A stretch of DNA of 64,000 nucleotides. Source: an uncultured Verrucomicrobiae bacterium (lineage in GTDB: Bacteria; Verrucomicrobiota; Verrucomicrobiia; Chthoniobacterales; JAFAMB01). The position numbers and the translations under genes were made by a program. The stretch is from contig CAVTQD010000057.1 in assembly GCA_963736745.1 (NCBI GenBank), forward strand, positions 52,678-116,677. Direction: 5' to 3'. Below, in pieces: positions 10,293-20,168 of the stretch; position 1 is the stretch's first letter; the number at the start of each line of letters is the position of its first letter. A model generated the notes under the pieces. It had not been told where the DNA came from. It did not search any database and saw nothing but the letters and a program-made list of their open reading frames with translations.

Positions 10293-11456
10293 ATGCAACT
10301 TTCCTCTAGAGCCTCCAGTTTAACTCCTTCTCTTACCCTTTCGATCGATAGCAAGGCCAAGGCGATGAAATCCGAAGGGATCGATGTGTGCGGCTTCGGA
10401 GCAGGCGAGCCGGACTTCGACACTCCCGAACACATTAAGGCTGCCGCCATAGCCTCTCTGGAAGCGGGATTTACCAAGTACACTCCAAGTTCCGGCATTC
10501 CTGAACTTCGTCAGGCAGTTGCCGACAAACTCCTGCTGGACAACGGCATTGATTATAAGCCGTCTCAGATCATCGTCAGCGACGGTGCCAAACATTCCTG
10601 CTACAATGCGATTCTCGCCACCTGCCAGCCTGGCGACGAGGTGATCATTCCGGCGCCTTATTGGCTGAGTTACCCAGAAATGGTGCGTCTCGCGGGAGCT
10701 GATCCCGTCTTCGTTCACACTAAAGAAGAACATGGATGGAAGCTGACCGCCGATGAGTTCGAAAACGCGATGACTCCGCGCACCAAGATGATCATTCTGA
10801 ACAGTCCCGGCAACCCGACCGGAGCGGTCTATACGAAGGAAGAACTGGATTCTCTTGGAAAAGTAGCCGCCGAAGAAGAAATCCTGATCCTGTCGGACGA
10901 GATCTACGAAAAGCTAGTGTACGATGATGCCAGGCACTTCAGCATCGCGTCGCTTGGACAGGAGTATTACGATCTGACAATCACGGTGAACGGATTCAGC
11001 AAAGCATATGCGATGACCGGTTGGCGTCTTGGGTATCTCGGCGCGCCTGAACCAATCGCCAAGGCGATTGACTCTATCCAAAGCCACAGCACTTCGAACG
11101 CTTGCTCATTCGCGCAAAAAGGGGCGCTAGCGGCACTGAAAGGCGATCAGCAACCCGTGGCCGACATGCGCGACGAGTTTAATCTCCGCCGGGAATACAT
11201 GCTTGAACGCTTGGGCAAAATGCCGCACGTCAGCGTGGTGCGTCCAAACGGAGCGTTTTACGTTCTCGTCAACGTTAGTCAGCTTGGACTTACCTCACAG
11301 AATTTCGCAGATCGGCTGCTCAGTAAGGCGAACGTCGCGGTGGTTCCAGGCATAGCCTTCGGAGACGACCGGACGGTGCGCTTGAGCTATGCGACAAGCC
11401 TGGATGTGATCAAGAAAGGGATGGACCGGTTCGAAGAATTCTGCCGCACACTCTAG
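10293..11456 (+). CDS. Class-I (aspartate/aromatic-type) aminotransferase
   Basis: 387 aa with GEPDFDTP, NSPGNPTG and the PLP-lysine block SKAYAMTGWRLGY. Confidence 0.88.
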   Translation: MQLSSRASSLTPSLTLSIDSKAKAMKSEGIDVCGFGAGEPDFDTPEHIKAAAIASLEAGFTKYTPSSGIPELRQAVADKLLLDNGIDYKPSQIIVSDGAKHSCYNAILATCQPGDEVIIPAPYWLSYPEMVRLAGADPVFVHTKEEHGWKLTADEFENAMTPRTKMIILNSPGNPTGAVYTKEELDSLGKVAAEEEILILSDEIYEKLVYDDARHFSIASLGQEYYDLTITVNGFSKAYAMTGWRLGYLGAPEPIAKAIDSIQSHSTSNACSFAQKGALAALKGDQQPVADMRDEFNLRREYMLERLGKMPHVSVVRPNGAFYVLVNVSQLGLTSQNFADRLLSKANVAVVPGIAFGDDRTVRLSYATSLDVIKKGMDRFEEFCRTL

Positions 11457-11483
11457 TGCCCTGTCCCCGAAATAGCAGAGAAC

Positions 11484-11613
11484 AGGAGGTCACGGAGAGA
11501 AATTTTTACCACAGAGACACAGAGAAGACGGAATTTAGGAAACCAATTGCTAGAATATTTTGCTCCGTGTTCTCTGTGTTTCCGCGGTAAATCATTCTTC
11601 TCTGTGGCCTCCT
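11484..11613. repeat. Imperfect ~50-bp inverted repeat built from CACAGAGA-type words (hairpin element)
   Basis: The left arm 11484-11533 (aggaggtcacggagagaaatttttaccacagagacacagagaagacgga) is roughly 80% complementary, with one indel, to the right arm 11563-11613. The loop is ~29 nt. It lies between the aminotransferase stop and the ABC-2 permease start. Confidence 0.6.
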
Positions 11614-11621
11614 ATCCCCCC

Positions 11622-12428
11622 ATGACCTTCCCCATGCGGAAATACTGGACGGTCTACTTGGTGATGCTGCGCAACTCCCTTATCCGGGAGATGAGTTTCA
11701 AGCTGAATTTTCTTTTGTGGATGATCGTGGAATCGCTCTGGTTTGTTGGGCAACTGGTATTTATCGAGGTGATTTTCAGTCACGTAGACCAGATTGGCGA
11801 TTGGACGAAGTGGCAGATGGTTTTACTCGTCGGGACACATCAGATCATCAGCCAGATCTTTCAGGGATTCTTTTATACCAACCTTGTCAACTTACCCGAA
11901 CTTGTCCGAACCGGGAAACTTGATTTCATTCTTTTGCAGCCCTTGGACGGCCAGTTTGCCACTTCAGTCCGGCAATTCGGTCTCGATAGCATCGTCAACG
12001 CATTGGTGGGCGTCGCTATTGTGACCTACTCCTTGTACAGGCTGCATATTATCCCGGGGATCAGCCAGATCATTCTTTACCTGGCGACGATGCTGGTCGG
12101 GGTAACGATTCATTACGCCATTTTGTTCGCCCTTGGAACTGTCAGCTTCTGGATCGTGCGGTCGCAAGGACTGATCTGGGGTTATTACAACATAATGAAT
12201 CTGGCGCGTTATCCCGACGTTGTATTCAAGGGACCGATCAAATTTATCTTCAGCTGGCTAATCCCCGTCATTGTCGTGACAAATGTCCCTGCACGCGTCT
12301 TGATGAATGCCTCTGAGACGCCCTGGTGGCTGATCGCTCATCTTTTGCTGGCTTCCGCTCTGATGCTTATTTTTACCAGAATCCTCTGGCGATTTGCGCT
12401 GAATCGGTACTCCAGCGCAAGTTCGTAG
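11622..12428 (+). CDS. ABC-2 family transporter permease (DUF990-like)
   Basis: ORF 11547..12428 (TTG) trimmed to the first ATG. Multi-pass hydrophobic protein that resembles ABC-2 type permeases by eye. No cognate ATPase is adjacent. Confidence 0.55.
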   Translation: MTFPMRKYWTVYLVMLRNSLIREMSFKLNFLLWMIVESLWFVGQLVFIEVIFSHVDQIGDWTKWQMVLLVGTHQIISQIFQGFFYTNLVNLPELVRTGKLDFILLQPLDGQFATSVRQFGLDSIVNALVGVAIVTYSLYRLHIIPGISQIILYLATMLVGVTIHYAILFALGTVSFWIVRSQGLIWGYYNIMNLARYPDVVFKGPIKFIFSWLIPVIVVTNVPARVLMNASETPWWLIAHLLLASALMLIFTRILWRFALNRYSSASS

Positions 12429-12529
12429 AAGGACGTTAATTCCTCTTGCACGGGTATCCAATTGCCAGTATATGTTCGCCCTCCTAGTTGGGAACGGTTG
12501 GCAAAACAGCATATTCGTTTGTTAAGCGT

Positions 12530-13114
12530 ATGGCGAAACCAAAAGCACAAAAGAAGGACGCATTGTCGGAGAATGGCCAGGATGATTCGGCCGAAATTGA
12601 GAAGCAGGAGCTAACTTCCTCGGGCATTGAGGATGTCGACGAAAAGCTTCCTCCGTTCCTGCGCAAACAAAAGAGCAAGTTGCTTCAACTTCGGGACAGC
12701 CTCCTCGATTCTATGATGGGGGTTTCGCGGGATACACTTCGCTCGCGCGCAGAAGGCAGCGAGGCTTCCGCGTTCGGAATGCATCAGGCAGACGCCGGCA
12801 GCGACGCGTACGATCGCGATTTCGCGCTGAGTTTGCTTTCGCAGGAACAGGATGCTTTGTACGAAATCGAAGAGGCACTCAAACGCGTGGATGCCGGAAC
12901 CTACGGCGTCTGCGAAATGTCGGGAAAACAAATTCCGCACGCTCGGCTCGAGGCGATCCCGTTTGCAAGATTTACAGTCGAATGCCAGACCCAGATTGAA
13001 AAGCAAAAAAAGGCCATGCGTGTCCGGCAGCCTGTCACTTCCCTTTTCGGTTTAACCGATGAAGAAGGTGGTGAAGGAGAAGAAGAAGACACCATTACCG
13101 ATTCGAAAGATTAG
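12530..13114 (+). CDS. DksA/TraR-family protein with degenerate zinc finger
   Basis: ORF 12488..13114 (TTG) trimmed to ATG 12530. The C-terminal [31 protein letters not shown] aligns with E. coli DksA [29 protein letters not shown]. Only 2 of the 4 Cys are retained. The N- and C-termini are K/E/D-rich. Confidence 0.8.
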   Translation: MAKPKAQKKDALSENGQDDSAEIEKQELTSSGIEDVDEKLPPFLRKQKSKLLQLRDSLLDSMMGVSRDTLRSRAEGSEASAFGMHQADAGSDAYDRDFALSLLSQEQDALYEIEEALKRVDAGTYGVCEMSGKQIPHARLEAIPFARFTVECQTQIEKQKKAMRVRQPVTSLFGLTDEEGGEGEEEDTITDSKD

Positions 13115-13119
13115 CTGTC

Positions 13120-13293
13120 ATGCCAAGGGACATCATTACGATTGAATGCACGGAGGCGAAGGCGGAAGGCAAACCGGTTTCTCGTTACGTGACCACGCGT
13201 AACAAAAAAAGCCTCAATACGCCGGGCAGACTCGAGAAGAAGAAGTACAATCCTTTCCTGCGCCGACGCACCCTTCATCGGGAGGTGAAATAA
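13120..13293 (+). CDS. rpmG: 50S ribosomal protein L33
   Basis: 57-codon ORF below the ORF-track cutoff (ATG 13120, TAA 13291-13293). [13 protein letters not shown]...[17 protein letters not shown] matches the L33 pattern (compare B. subtilis ITLACTEC...KKYCPRDKKSTLHRETK). Confidence 0.9.
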   Translation: MPRDIITIECTEAKAEGKPVSRYVTTRNKKSLNTPGRLEKKKYNPFLRRRTLHREVK

Positions 13294-13296
13294 ATC

Positions 13297-13536
13297 ATGG
13301 AACCGAAAAACGCCAAACGTAGATCGAATTTCCGGCGCGCAAACCGGATAATGCCGCGGCGTCGAATCGACATTGCCACAGAGGCCATCGACTACAAAAA
13401 TCCGGACCTGCTGAAAAAATTCGTCACTGAAAGCGGCAAAATTTTGCCTCGGCGCGTTACCGGAATGCCTGCTCATCTCCATCGGAAGATAACCCGCGAA
13501 ATCAAGCGCGCTCGTTCGGTTCTCTTGATGAAGTAA
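13297..13536 (+). CDS. rpsR: 30S ribosomal protein S18
   Basis: 79 aa with [26 protein letters not shown] and [10 protein letters not shown] signatures. It starts 3 nt after the rpmG stop. Confidence 0.93.
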   Translation: MEPKNAKRRSNFRRANRIMPRRRIDIATEAIDYKNPDLLKKFVTESGKILPRRVTGMPAHLHRKITREIKRARSVLLMK

Positions 13537-13687
13537 ACGTTCAATCGACTTCCGCAAGACTCGCCTTGCGAATAAGGCAAGATCCGGCTAACTTCTCTTT
13601 CCCTCTGATTTCGTAAAGGCGGTCTGTTTTGACCGCCCGAATCAGTTCAATCTAGGCAACCGTGGTTTGTTGGTTTTTGTAAATGTT

Positions 13688-15367
13688 ATGACAGAAATGC
13701 AGGAGCTAATCGCGAAGTCCCTGCGCGATTTTAAAGAAGGCAGCATCGTCAAAGGCCGTGTGCTAGAAATCCGGCCGCGAGAGGTTCTGGTGGATATCGG
13801 CTATAAATCCGAAGGCGTGATCCCCACCTCCGAGTTCGACGACATGAGCGATGTCGAGGTCGGCGATGAAGTTGAAGTGCTGCTGGAAAAGCTCGAAAAC
13901 GAGGATGGAATGGTCGTTCTGTCAAAGGAAAAGGCCGCTCACAAGCAAAACTGGGATAAAATTGTCAAGGTCTTCGAAGGCGACGGCTTGATTAAAGGTA
14001 AAGTTAAAGCCGTGGTCAAAGGCGGCCTGACTGTAAATATCGGCGTCGAAGCGTTCCTCCCTGGTTCCCAGATCGATATCGTTCCGCCGAAGGATCTCCA
14101 GCAATTCGTGGGCAACACCTACGACTTCAAGATCGTCAAGATCAACGATGAACGTAAAAACGTGGTGCTCAGCCGCCGAGAAATCATCGAACAAGAGCGA
14201 GCCGAAAAACGAGCGCGATTTCTTGAGACGGTGAAGCTGGGAGATACCGTTAAAGGGGTTGTCAAAAATCTGACCGATTTCGGTGCGTTTATCGATCTCG
14301 ATGGAATGGATGGCTTGCTCCATATCACCGATATGACCTGGGGCCGACTCACTCACCCGAGCGAACTTCTCAAAATCGGCCAGGAAATCGACGTCGTCGT
14401 CCTCGATATCAACAAAGAAAAAGAGCGGGTATCGCTCGGGCTCAAACAAACGCAGCGCAACCCATGGGATAAGATCGAAGAGCGATTCCCGGTGGGCGCC
14501 ACAGTACACGGCAAGGTGACCAACCTGGTGCCATATGGCGCGTTTGTGGAGATTGAGGAAGGTGTTGAAGGGCTGATCCACGTTTCGGAACTCTCCTGGA
14601 CTAAGCGAATCACCCGCCCGTCCGATGTGCTCACACAGGGCCAGCAGATTGAAGCCGTCGTCCTTGGGGTCAACAAAGAGGAGCAGAAGATTTCACTGGG
14701 TGTTCGCCAGCTGGAGCCCAACCCGTGGGACGTAATCGAGCACAAATATGTCATTGGATCGCGCGTCAAAGGCAAGATCCGAAACATGACTGCTTACGGT
14801 GCCTTTGTTGAACTCGAAGAAGGCATCGACGGCATGATCCACGTTTCAGATCTAAGCTGGACACGTAAGATCAATCACCCAAGTGAAGTACTGAAGAAGA
14901 ACGACGACGTCGAGGCAATCGTGCTGGACATCGATAAAGTGAATCAGCGCATCAGCCTGGGTGTGAAGCAGCTGGATTCAGATCCTTGGAAGGAAATCGA
15001 CCAAAAGTATAAAATTGGCGACCTGGTTCACGGAAAGGTCACAAAGCTCGCTAGCTTCGGTGCGTTCGTCCAATTGCAGGACGATATCGATGGGCTGGTG
15101 CACATTTCTCAGCTCAGCGAAGAGCATGTCGCAAAGGTCAAGGACGTGTTGAAAGTCGGACAGGAAGTCGAAGCTCGAGTGATCAAGGTCGACAAAGCGG
15201 AGCGTCGCATTGGTTTGTCCATCAAGGCGGCTAACTATTCTGACGAGGAACTACGGCGCGAAACAGAGGCATTTGACAGCCTGCGACCAGGCGAAGACAT
15301 GGTTGGCTTGGAACAGGCATTCCAAGCAGCCGAGGAAGAGTACCGGCCAAGCGATCGGCGCAAGTAG
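13688..15367 (+). CDS. rpsA: 30S ribosomal protein S1
   Basis: Six tandem S1/OB repeats (G.V.G.V....GAFV motifs recurring about every 85 aa). ORF 13667 (TTG) trimmed to ATG 13688. Confidence 0.95.
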   Translation: MTEMQELIAKSLRDFKEGSIVKGRVLEIRPREVLVDIGYKSEGVIPTSEFDDMSDVEVGDEVEVLLEKLENEDGMVVLSKEKAAHKQNWDKIVKVFEGDGLIKGKVKAVVKGGLTVNIGVEAFLPGSQIDIVPPKDLQQFVGNTYDFKIVKINDERKNVVLSRREIIEQERAEKRARFLETVKLGDTVKGVVKNLTDFGAFIDLDGMDGLLHITDMTWGRLTHPSELLKIGQEIDVVVLDINKEKERVSLGLKQTQRNPWDKIEERFPVGATVHGKVTNLVPYGAFVEIEEGVEGLIHVSELSWTKRITRPSDVLTQGQQIEAVVLGVNKEEQKISLGVRQLEPNPWDVIEHKYVIGSRVKGKIRNMTAYGAFVELEEGIDGMIHVSDLSWTRKINHPSEVLKKNDDVEAIVLDIDKVNQRISLGVKQLDSDPWKEIDQKYKIGDLVHGKVTKLASFGAFVQLQDDIDGLVHISQLSEEHVAKVKDVLKVGQEVEARVIKVDKAERRIGLSIKAANYSDEELRRETEAFDSLRPGEDMVGLEQAFQAAEEEYRPSDRRK

Positions 15368-15425
15368 TCTTGCCAAAAGATGTTTACAACAATCTCTTCT
15401 CGGATGATCGTCTAACCCAAGAAAT

Positions 15426-15761
15426 ATGGATAAACCGCAAATTGTCGCCTATTTGAAAACCCATTGCGGCTGGAGCGCCGGTGTACGGGCAGTCCTGGCA
15501 AAGTATGGTCTCCCGTACGAAGAAAAGGACATCATCAAGAACCCGGCGTTTCGATGGGAAATGGAGCAGAAGAGTGGTCAACCACTTTCTCCGTGCATAG
15601 AAATTGACGGAACCATGCTCGCCGATATTAGCGGCGAGGAAGTAGAGCACTACCTCGTAGCCAACAGTCTGGTGCAAGCCGACGCTGCGCCGAGCGATGT
15701 TCCGCTGAATGCTCCGTGTCCGCCCGAACAGCACGAGGCGAGCGTTTTTTTTAGAAAGTAG
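15426..15761 (+). CDS. Glutaredoxin-like thioredoxin-fold protein
   Basis: 111 aa. N-terminal KPQIVAYLKTHCGWSAGVRAVLAKYGLPYEEKDI has the glutaredoxin-type beta-alpha-beta start with a CxxS active site. Confidence 0.65.
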   Translation: MDKPQIVAYLKTHCGWSAGVRAVLAKYGLPYEEKDIIKNPAFRWEMEQKSGQPLSPCIEIDGTMLADISGEEVEHYLVANSLVQADAAPSDVPLNAPCPPEQHEASVFFRK

Positions 15762-15877
15762 CAGCCATGGAGCGGGCTGGCCGCGCGGGTTCATATCCGC
15801 AGACAGCCCTGTCACTGGATGATGTCCGCCGCGGCGGGAAGGTGCAAAAGCTCGTTCCCGCGCTGCCTTGGGATTTG

Positions 15878-16760
15878 TCACCCAACAAATTCCAGGTCCA
15901 CTTTATCCGGGATGAGACCTTGCCGGCCGGCCCGACCTAGAAATTCGCGAATTGCGTTTCTGCCTGTCGGACCATAGTCGATTGTAAAATCATTCACATA
16001 CATCCCGATAAATCGATCTGCTCCTTCCCGATCCAGACCGCGCGCCAAAGGCATCGAATGTTCGACTCCCGCTTTTCGGTGTTTCAGTCCGTAGTCGATG
16101 CTCTCCTTTAGTATCTCGGAAACTTCAATCTGGATGGTTCTCGGAATATCTTTCCGGATGACATTACCACCCAGCGGGAGCGGAAGTCCGGTCACCGATT
16201 TCCACCAGAACCCAAGATCGAGCGCCAGATTGAACCCCTGATCGGCATAGGTGATCTGGCCTTCATGAATGATCAGTCCGACGTCCGCCTTACCCGCTTT
16301 CACAGCTTCAAAAATCTCGTCAAATCGAATCGTCACGGTATGCACTTCCGAGGCGAATAAACGAAGCGCCAGATACGCACTGGTTTTTAGCCCCGGAATA
16401 GCAATCGTTTTAGACCTGGAGCCATTCCCGCACCCCGTCTGGGTCGCTTGGGGGTTCCTCCAGAGAGACCAGCATCGGACCGTAGCCATCTCCCATACTT
16501 GCGCCGCAAGGAAGCAAAGAATATTTGTCTGCCAGGTAAGCGTAGGCGTGGATCGAGACAGCCGAGATATGCAGCTCGCCGCGTAAGGCGCGCTGGTTCA
16601 ACGTTTCGATATCCTGCAGAATATGTTCGAACCGGTGCCCGCGAGTATCGATCTTGTGCTGGGCCATCGCATAGAACATGAAGGCGTCATCCGGGTCTGG
16701 TGAATGTCCAAGAAGAAAATCCATACCTCCCATGCTACCCTCTTTCAGGCAGCGGCTCAA
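15878..16760 (-). CDS. mqnD: 1,4-dihydroxy-6-naphthoate synthase (futalosine pathway), reading frame broken once
   Basis: ORFs 16410..16760 (HSPDPDDAFMFYAM..., GASMGDGYGPMLV) and 15878..16489 (KTIAIPGLKTSAYLALRL, GLIIHEGQITY, TGLPLPLGGNVIRKD) together give a full MqnD. The span is 883 nt (3n+1). The break lies at the CCC run 16427-16429. Confidence 0.82.
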
Positions 16761-17767
16761 TCCATGTAGCCATGTGCCCGGCGGACCTCGTCTTGCATTT
16801 CGCGCCAGCGAGAGTGTTTTCTCGGCGCATAAAACAAATAGGTAATACCGCCGGCAATACCAAACAAAACGAAGTACGCGAAGCCCAGAAGCGAAATCAA
16901 AACGCCGATCTCATTTGGGACGTTGCAGAGGTCATTCAACAGAATTCCCAGGAGAGATTCTCGAAAGCCGATGCCGGCAGGCGTGATCGGTAACGAAATA
17001 ATCGACGTCACAATCGGCATGATTGAGCACATATCCAGCAGCGAGACCCCGGCCCCAAGCCCCTTGGAGGTACAATAGAACGCGCCATAGAATGAAAACA
17101 AGACCGGGAAAGAAAGCAGAAATGCGAACAATAACGATTTTTTCGATCGGGCGAACAATTGGTACGCCTCAGAGGTCTCGACCAGGCGATCACGAATTGG
17201 AAAATGCTCCGGCAACCTGTCCACAAGCTTGAAACTGGTCACGGCAAAAGATCCGGCTGTCACAAGCACGAATCCGATCAGCATGCTGATCAGAACCCAC
17301 AGCAAAACCGTTGCTTGAGGAGTCTGTTGGAGCCAGTGCCAGCGAAGAACGGTCGTGAGGAGAGCCGTCAACACCAATGCCGCCATTCCAATGAGACGGT
17401 CCATCACGACCGTGAGAATCGACTCTTTCTTTTTATCCGGAAATTCACGCATCAGATAGTACAGCCGCGCAAAGTCTCCGCCGGTATATCCGGGCATGAA
17501 GAGGTTAAAAAATAGACCGACAAAAAAAAGCATGGTTGCGCGGCGCCAACTCATATACATGCCTTGAACGCGCATCAGAATCTGCCACCGCACGATGTTG
17601 GCGACCTCGCCGACCAATGCCACAGGCAGGCCGATCAGGAGCCAAACGCGATCGGCTTTTGCGATGGCGTCCGCCATTTGCGCACGCTTTTCCGGGCTGT
17701 GGAAGAGCCAAATGAGGATGGCGATTGTAAAGACTGCCTGGAACGTGCGGATGATCGCTTTCTTCAT
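16757..17767 (-). CDS. Flippase-like / lysylphosphatidylglycerol-synthase TM-region family membrane protein
   Basis: 336 aa with ~8 TM segments and N-terminal MKKAIIRTFQAVFTIAILIWLF..., resembling the UPF0104/LPG_synthase_TM family. It has a 4-nt ATGA-type overlap with the mqnD start. Confidence 0.65.
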   Translation of the reverse strand: MKKAIIRTFQAVFTIAILIWLFHSPEKRAQMADAIAKADRVWLLIGLPVALVGEVANIVRWQILMRVQGMYMSWRRATMLFFVGLFFNLFMPGYTGGDFARLYYLMREFPDKKKESILTVVMDRLIGMAALVLTALLTTVLRWHWLQQTPQATVLLWVLISMLIGFVLVTAGSFAVTSFKLVDRLPEHFPIRDRLVETSEAYQLFARSKKSLLFAFLLSFPVLFSFYGAFYCTSKGLGAGVSLLDMCSIMPIVTSIISLPITPAGIGFRESLLGILLNDLCNVPNEIGVLISLLGFAYFVLFGIAGGITYLFYAPRKHSRWREMQDEVRRAHGYMD

Positions 17768-18072
17768 TGGGGAGGATAGGCTCGGGCGAATGCTGCTTTA
17801 GGCAACTACCCGAAAGAGAGCATCCAGTCGTTTCGCAAAACCTTTCCAGGTATGTAGCTTATTCTAATTGCCAACCATAGCTGACCGACCTGCGAGGACA
17901 TCACAAATCTGTTTTCGAAATTCGGATCACTTTACGTCTGGCGCAGAGGATACCGCGTGATGGAAAGGGAAATCAACGGAAGACTCTCAGTGTCCCGCTT
18001 CTATTGGTCAACGCGAACCTATTTTCGCACCCTCTTGCAGACGTTCCATGAGCGGTGCAAAGTGCGGCGCGC

Positions 18073-19359
18073 ATGAAAGTCATCGATCTCCGTGCCGAGC
18101 AGACCAGTCAATGGCGAGAACTTCTGTGTCGCAGATACACTCCCGATGAAATGTTGATCAGCCAGGTATCAACGATCCTTGCGCAGGTGCGGGAACGGGG
18201 AGATAACGCCTTGATCGAATATGCGCGACAGTTCGACCATGTCGATCTCATCCCACAAGATCTGATTGTCTCGGAGCCTGAAATCCAAACCGCAATAGAT
18301 CTCGCCAAACCCGAACTGGTTGCCGCTTTACAGTCGGCACACGCGAATGTGCAGGAGTTTGCGTCTCGCAGCCTGCGTGCAGACTGGATCTGGAAAAATG
18401 CGCAGGGAGCGGAGGTCGGCGAGCGCTTCGACCCTCTCACTAGAGTTGGCATTTACGTGCCGGCTGGAACGGCGCCCCTGGTATCTACCGCAATCATGAC
18501 GCTCTCGCTCGCCGCGGCGGCCGGTGTTCCCGAAATTGTCGCCGTTTCTCCGGTTGGTCCGGATAAAGCAATGAATCCCGGCCTCCTGACGGCTCTGCAA
18601 CTGGCCGGCGCAACCGAGATTTACAAGGTCGGCGGGGCACAAGCCATCGCCGCGCTTGCTTTTGGTACAAAGACAATTCAGCCAGTTTATAAGATCTTCG
18701 GCCCCGGAAATGTCTACGTCACGGAAGCAAAGCGCCAAGTCTTCGGCTATGTCGCGGTCGATTTGGTGCCAGGCCCCAGCGAAATCATGGTTATCGCGGA
18801 TAACACCGCAGTCCCACGTTGGGTTGCAGCCGATCTACTCGCGCAGGCTGAGCATGGTCGCGGAAGCGTGATTTGCCTCGTCGCTCTGGATCTCGAGATC
18901 ATTGAAACCGTGCAACTTGAGATCGCTCAACAGATCGAATCCCTAGCGCGCGGAGCTGCTTTGAGCGAGGTCCTGGCACACAACGCCTTTTTCGTCCTCG
19001 CCAAGGACGAAGAGCAGGCCATAGAGATCGCAAACGCATTTGCGCCGGAACATCTTTCATTGGTAACCCGGCACGGCGAAAAAATGGCTGAGGCAATACT
19101 CAATGCCGGCGCTATCTTCATCGGCAATTTTTCACCGGTCGCCGCGGGCGACTTTTTGGCCGGGCCGAGCCACGAGCTTCCTACCGGCGGCGCGGCGAAA
19201 TCGTTTGGCGGATTGACAGTCGACCAATTCCAGCGAAGGACGAGCATCGTTCGATACGATCGGGAAGCTCTCAGCAAATCCGTCTCGATTATCTCACAGT
19301 TCAGCGAGGTCGAACAGCTAGACGCACACGGTCGATCGGTATCGATTCGTTTCGAATAG
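18073..19359 (+). CDS. hisD: Histidinol dehydrogenase
   Basis: Full-length HisD with FGPGNVYVTEAKR, LLAQAEHG and AGDFLAGPSHELPT. ORF 18055 (GTG) trimmed to ATG 18073. Confidence 0.95.
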   Translation: MKVIDLRAEQTSQWRELLCRRYTPDEMLISQVSTILAQVRERGDNALIEYARQFDHVDLIPQDLIVSEPEIQTAIDLAKPELVAALQSAHANVQEFASRSLRADWIWKNAQGAEVGERFDPLTRVGIYVPAGTAPLVSTAIMTLSLAAAAGVPEIVAVSPVGPDKAMNPGLLTALQLAGATEIYKVGGAQAIAALAFGTKTIQPVYKIFGPGNVYVTEAKRQVFGYVAVDLVPGPSEIMVIADNTAVPRWVAADLLAQAEHGRGSVICLVALDLEIIETVQLEIAQQIESLARGAALSEVLAHNAFFVLAKDEEQAIEIANAFAPEHLSLVTRHGEKMAEAILNAGAIFIGNFSPVAAGDFLAGPSHELPTGGAAKSFGGLTVDQFQRRTSIVRYDREALSKSVSIISQFSEVEQLDAHGRSVSIRFE

Positions 19360-19382
19360 TGTCCTCCCCGAAATAGCATGTG

Positions 19383-20102
19383 ATGGCGCGCAAAACGCGG
19401 AAAAAAGGCCGGCCTTGGGTTCGCGCTGCTATCTTGTTCTCTATCCTGATCGGGCTTATCCCCATCCTTGAGGTTGTCTACGTTCGTTTTTTCAATCCGC
19501 CGATCACCACACTGATGGTTTTTCGACTTGTCGAGGCGATGATCACAAAGCGGTATCATGGCAACATTCAGTATCGTTGGATCCCGCTCGACAAGGTTCC
19601 CGATGATTTTCTCGATGGTGTCTGGCAAATGGAAGATAGCCGTTTCTTCAGCCACGACGGGTTTGACTGGATCGAGATGGAGGAGGCAATCCAGCGCGCA
19701 GAACGTAAACATCGACCGGTACAGGGTGTCTCTACGATTTCCAATCAATGCGCTCGTTCCTTATTTCTCTGGCAGGGCAGATCCTGGATCAGAAAAGGTT
19801 TGGAGGCCTACTATACGTTCTTGATGGAACACCTGCTAAATAAGCAACGCATCCTTGAGCTGTACGTGAATATCATCGAACTAGGCGACGGCATTTACGG
19901 TATCGAAGAGGCCGCCCAACATTATTATCAGCTTCCGGCAAAACAATTAACCCGTTCGGAATGCGCAATGTTGGCTGCGATGCTCCCTTTTCCGCGAGGT
20001 TGGGACCCTCACAATCCTAGTCCAAGGCTTCGAGTGCGTTATAGTCTGGTGCTTCGAAGGATGAATGCCGGTGGCCCAATCGAACGAAAATTAGGGGAGT
20101 GA
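19383..20102 (+). CDS. mtgA: Monofunctional biosynthetic peptidoglycan transglycosylase
   Basis: N-terminal TM anchor followed by GT51 motifs EDSRFFSHDGFD and RKGLEAYYT. About 239 aa, with no transpeptidase domain. Confidence 0.9.
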   Translation: MARKTRKKGRPWVRAAILFSILIGLIPILEVVYVRFFNPPITTLMVFRLVEAMITKRYHGNIQYRWIPLDKVPDDFLDGVWQMEDSRFFSHDGFDWIEMEEAIQRAERKHRPVQGVSTISNQCARSLFLWQGRSWIRKGLEAYYTFLMEHLLNKQRILELYVNIIELGDGIYGIEEAAQHYYQLPAKQLTRSECAMLAAMLPFPRGWDPHNPSPRLRVRYSLVLRRMNAGGPIERKLGE

Positions 20103-20168
20103 CGGCAGGAGGCTTTTCTTCGGTTTGATGGCCAAAGCACGAACGCTGTGGCTCGGAAGACTTTCGCG

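Noticed and set aside
17960-18076. A 38-codon upstream ORF whose TGA overlaps the hisD ATG (ATGA), which could in principle be a his leader peptide.
   Set aside because: It contains a single His codon, with no His run and no obvious terminator/antiterminator pair, so it is not a classical his attenuator. It may be a chance ORF in the 305-nt leader.
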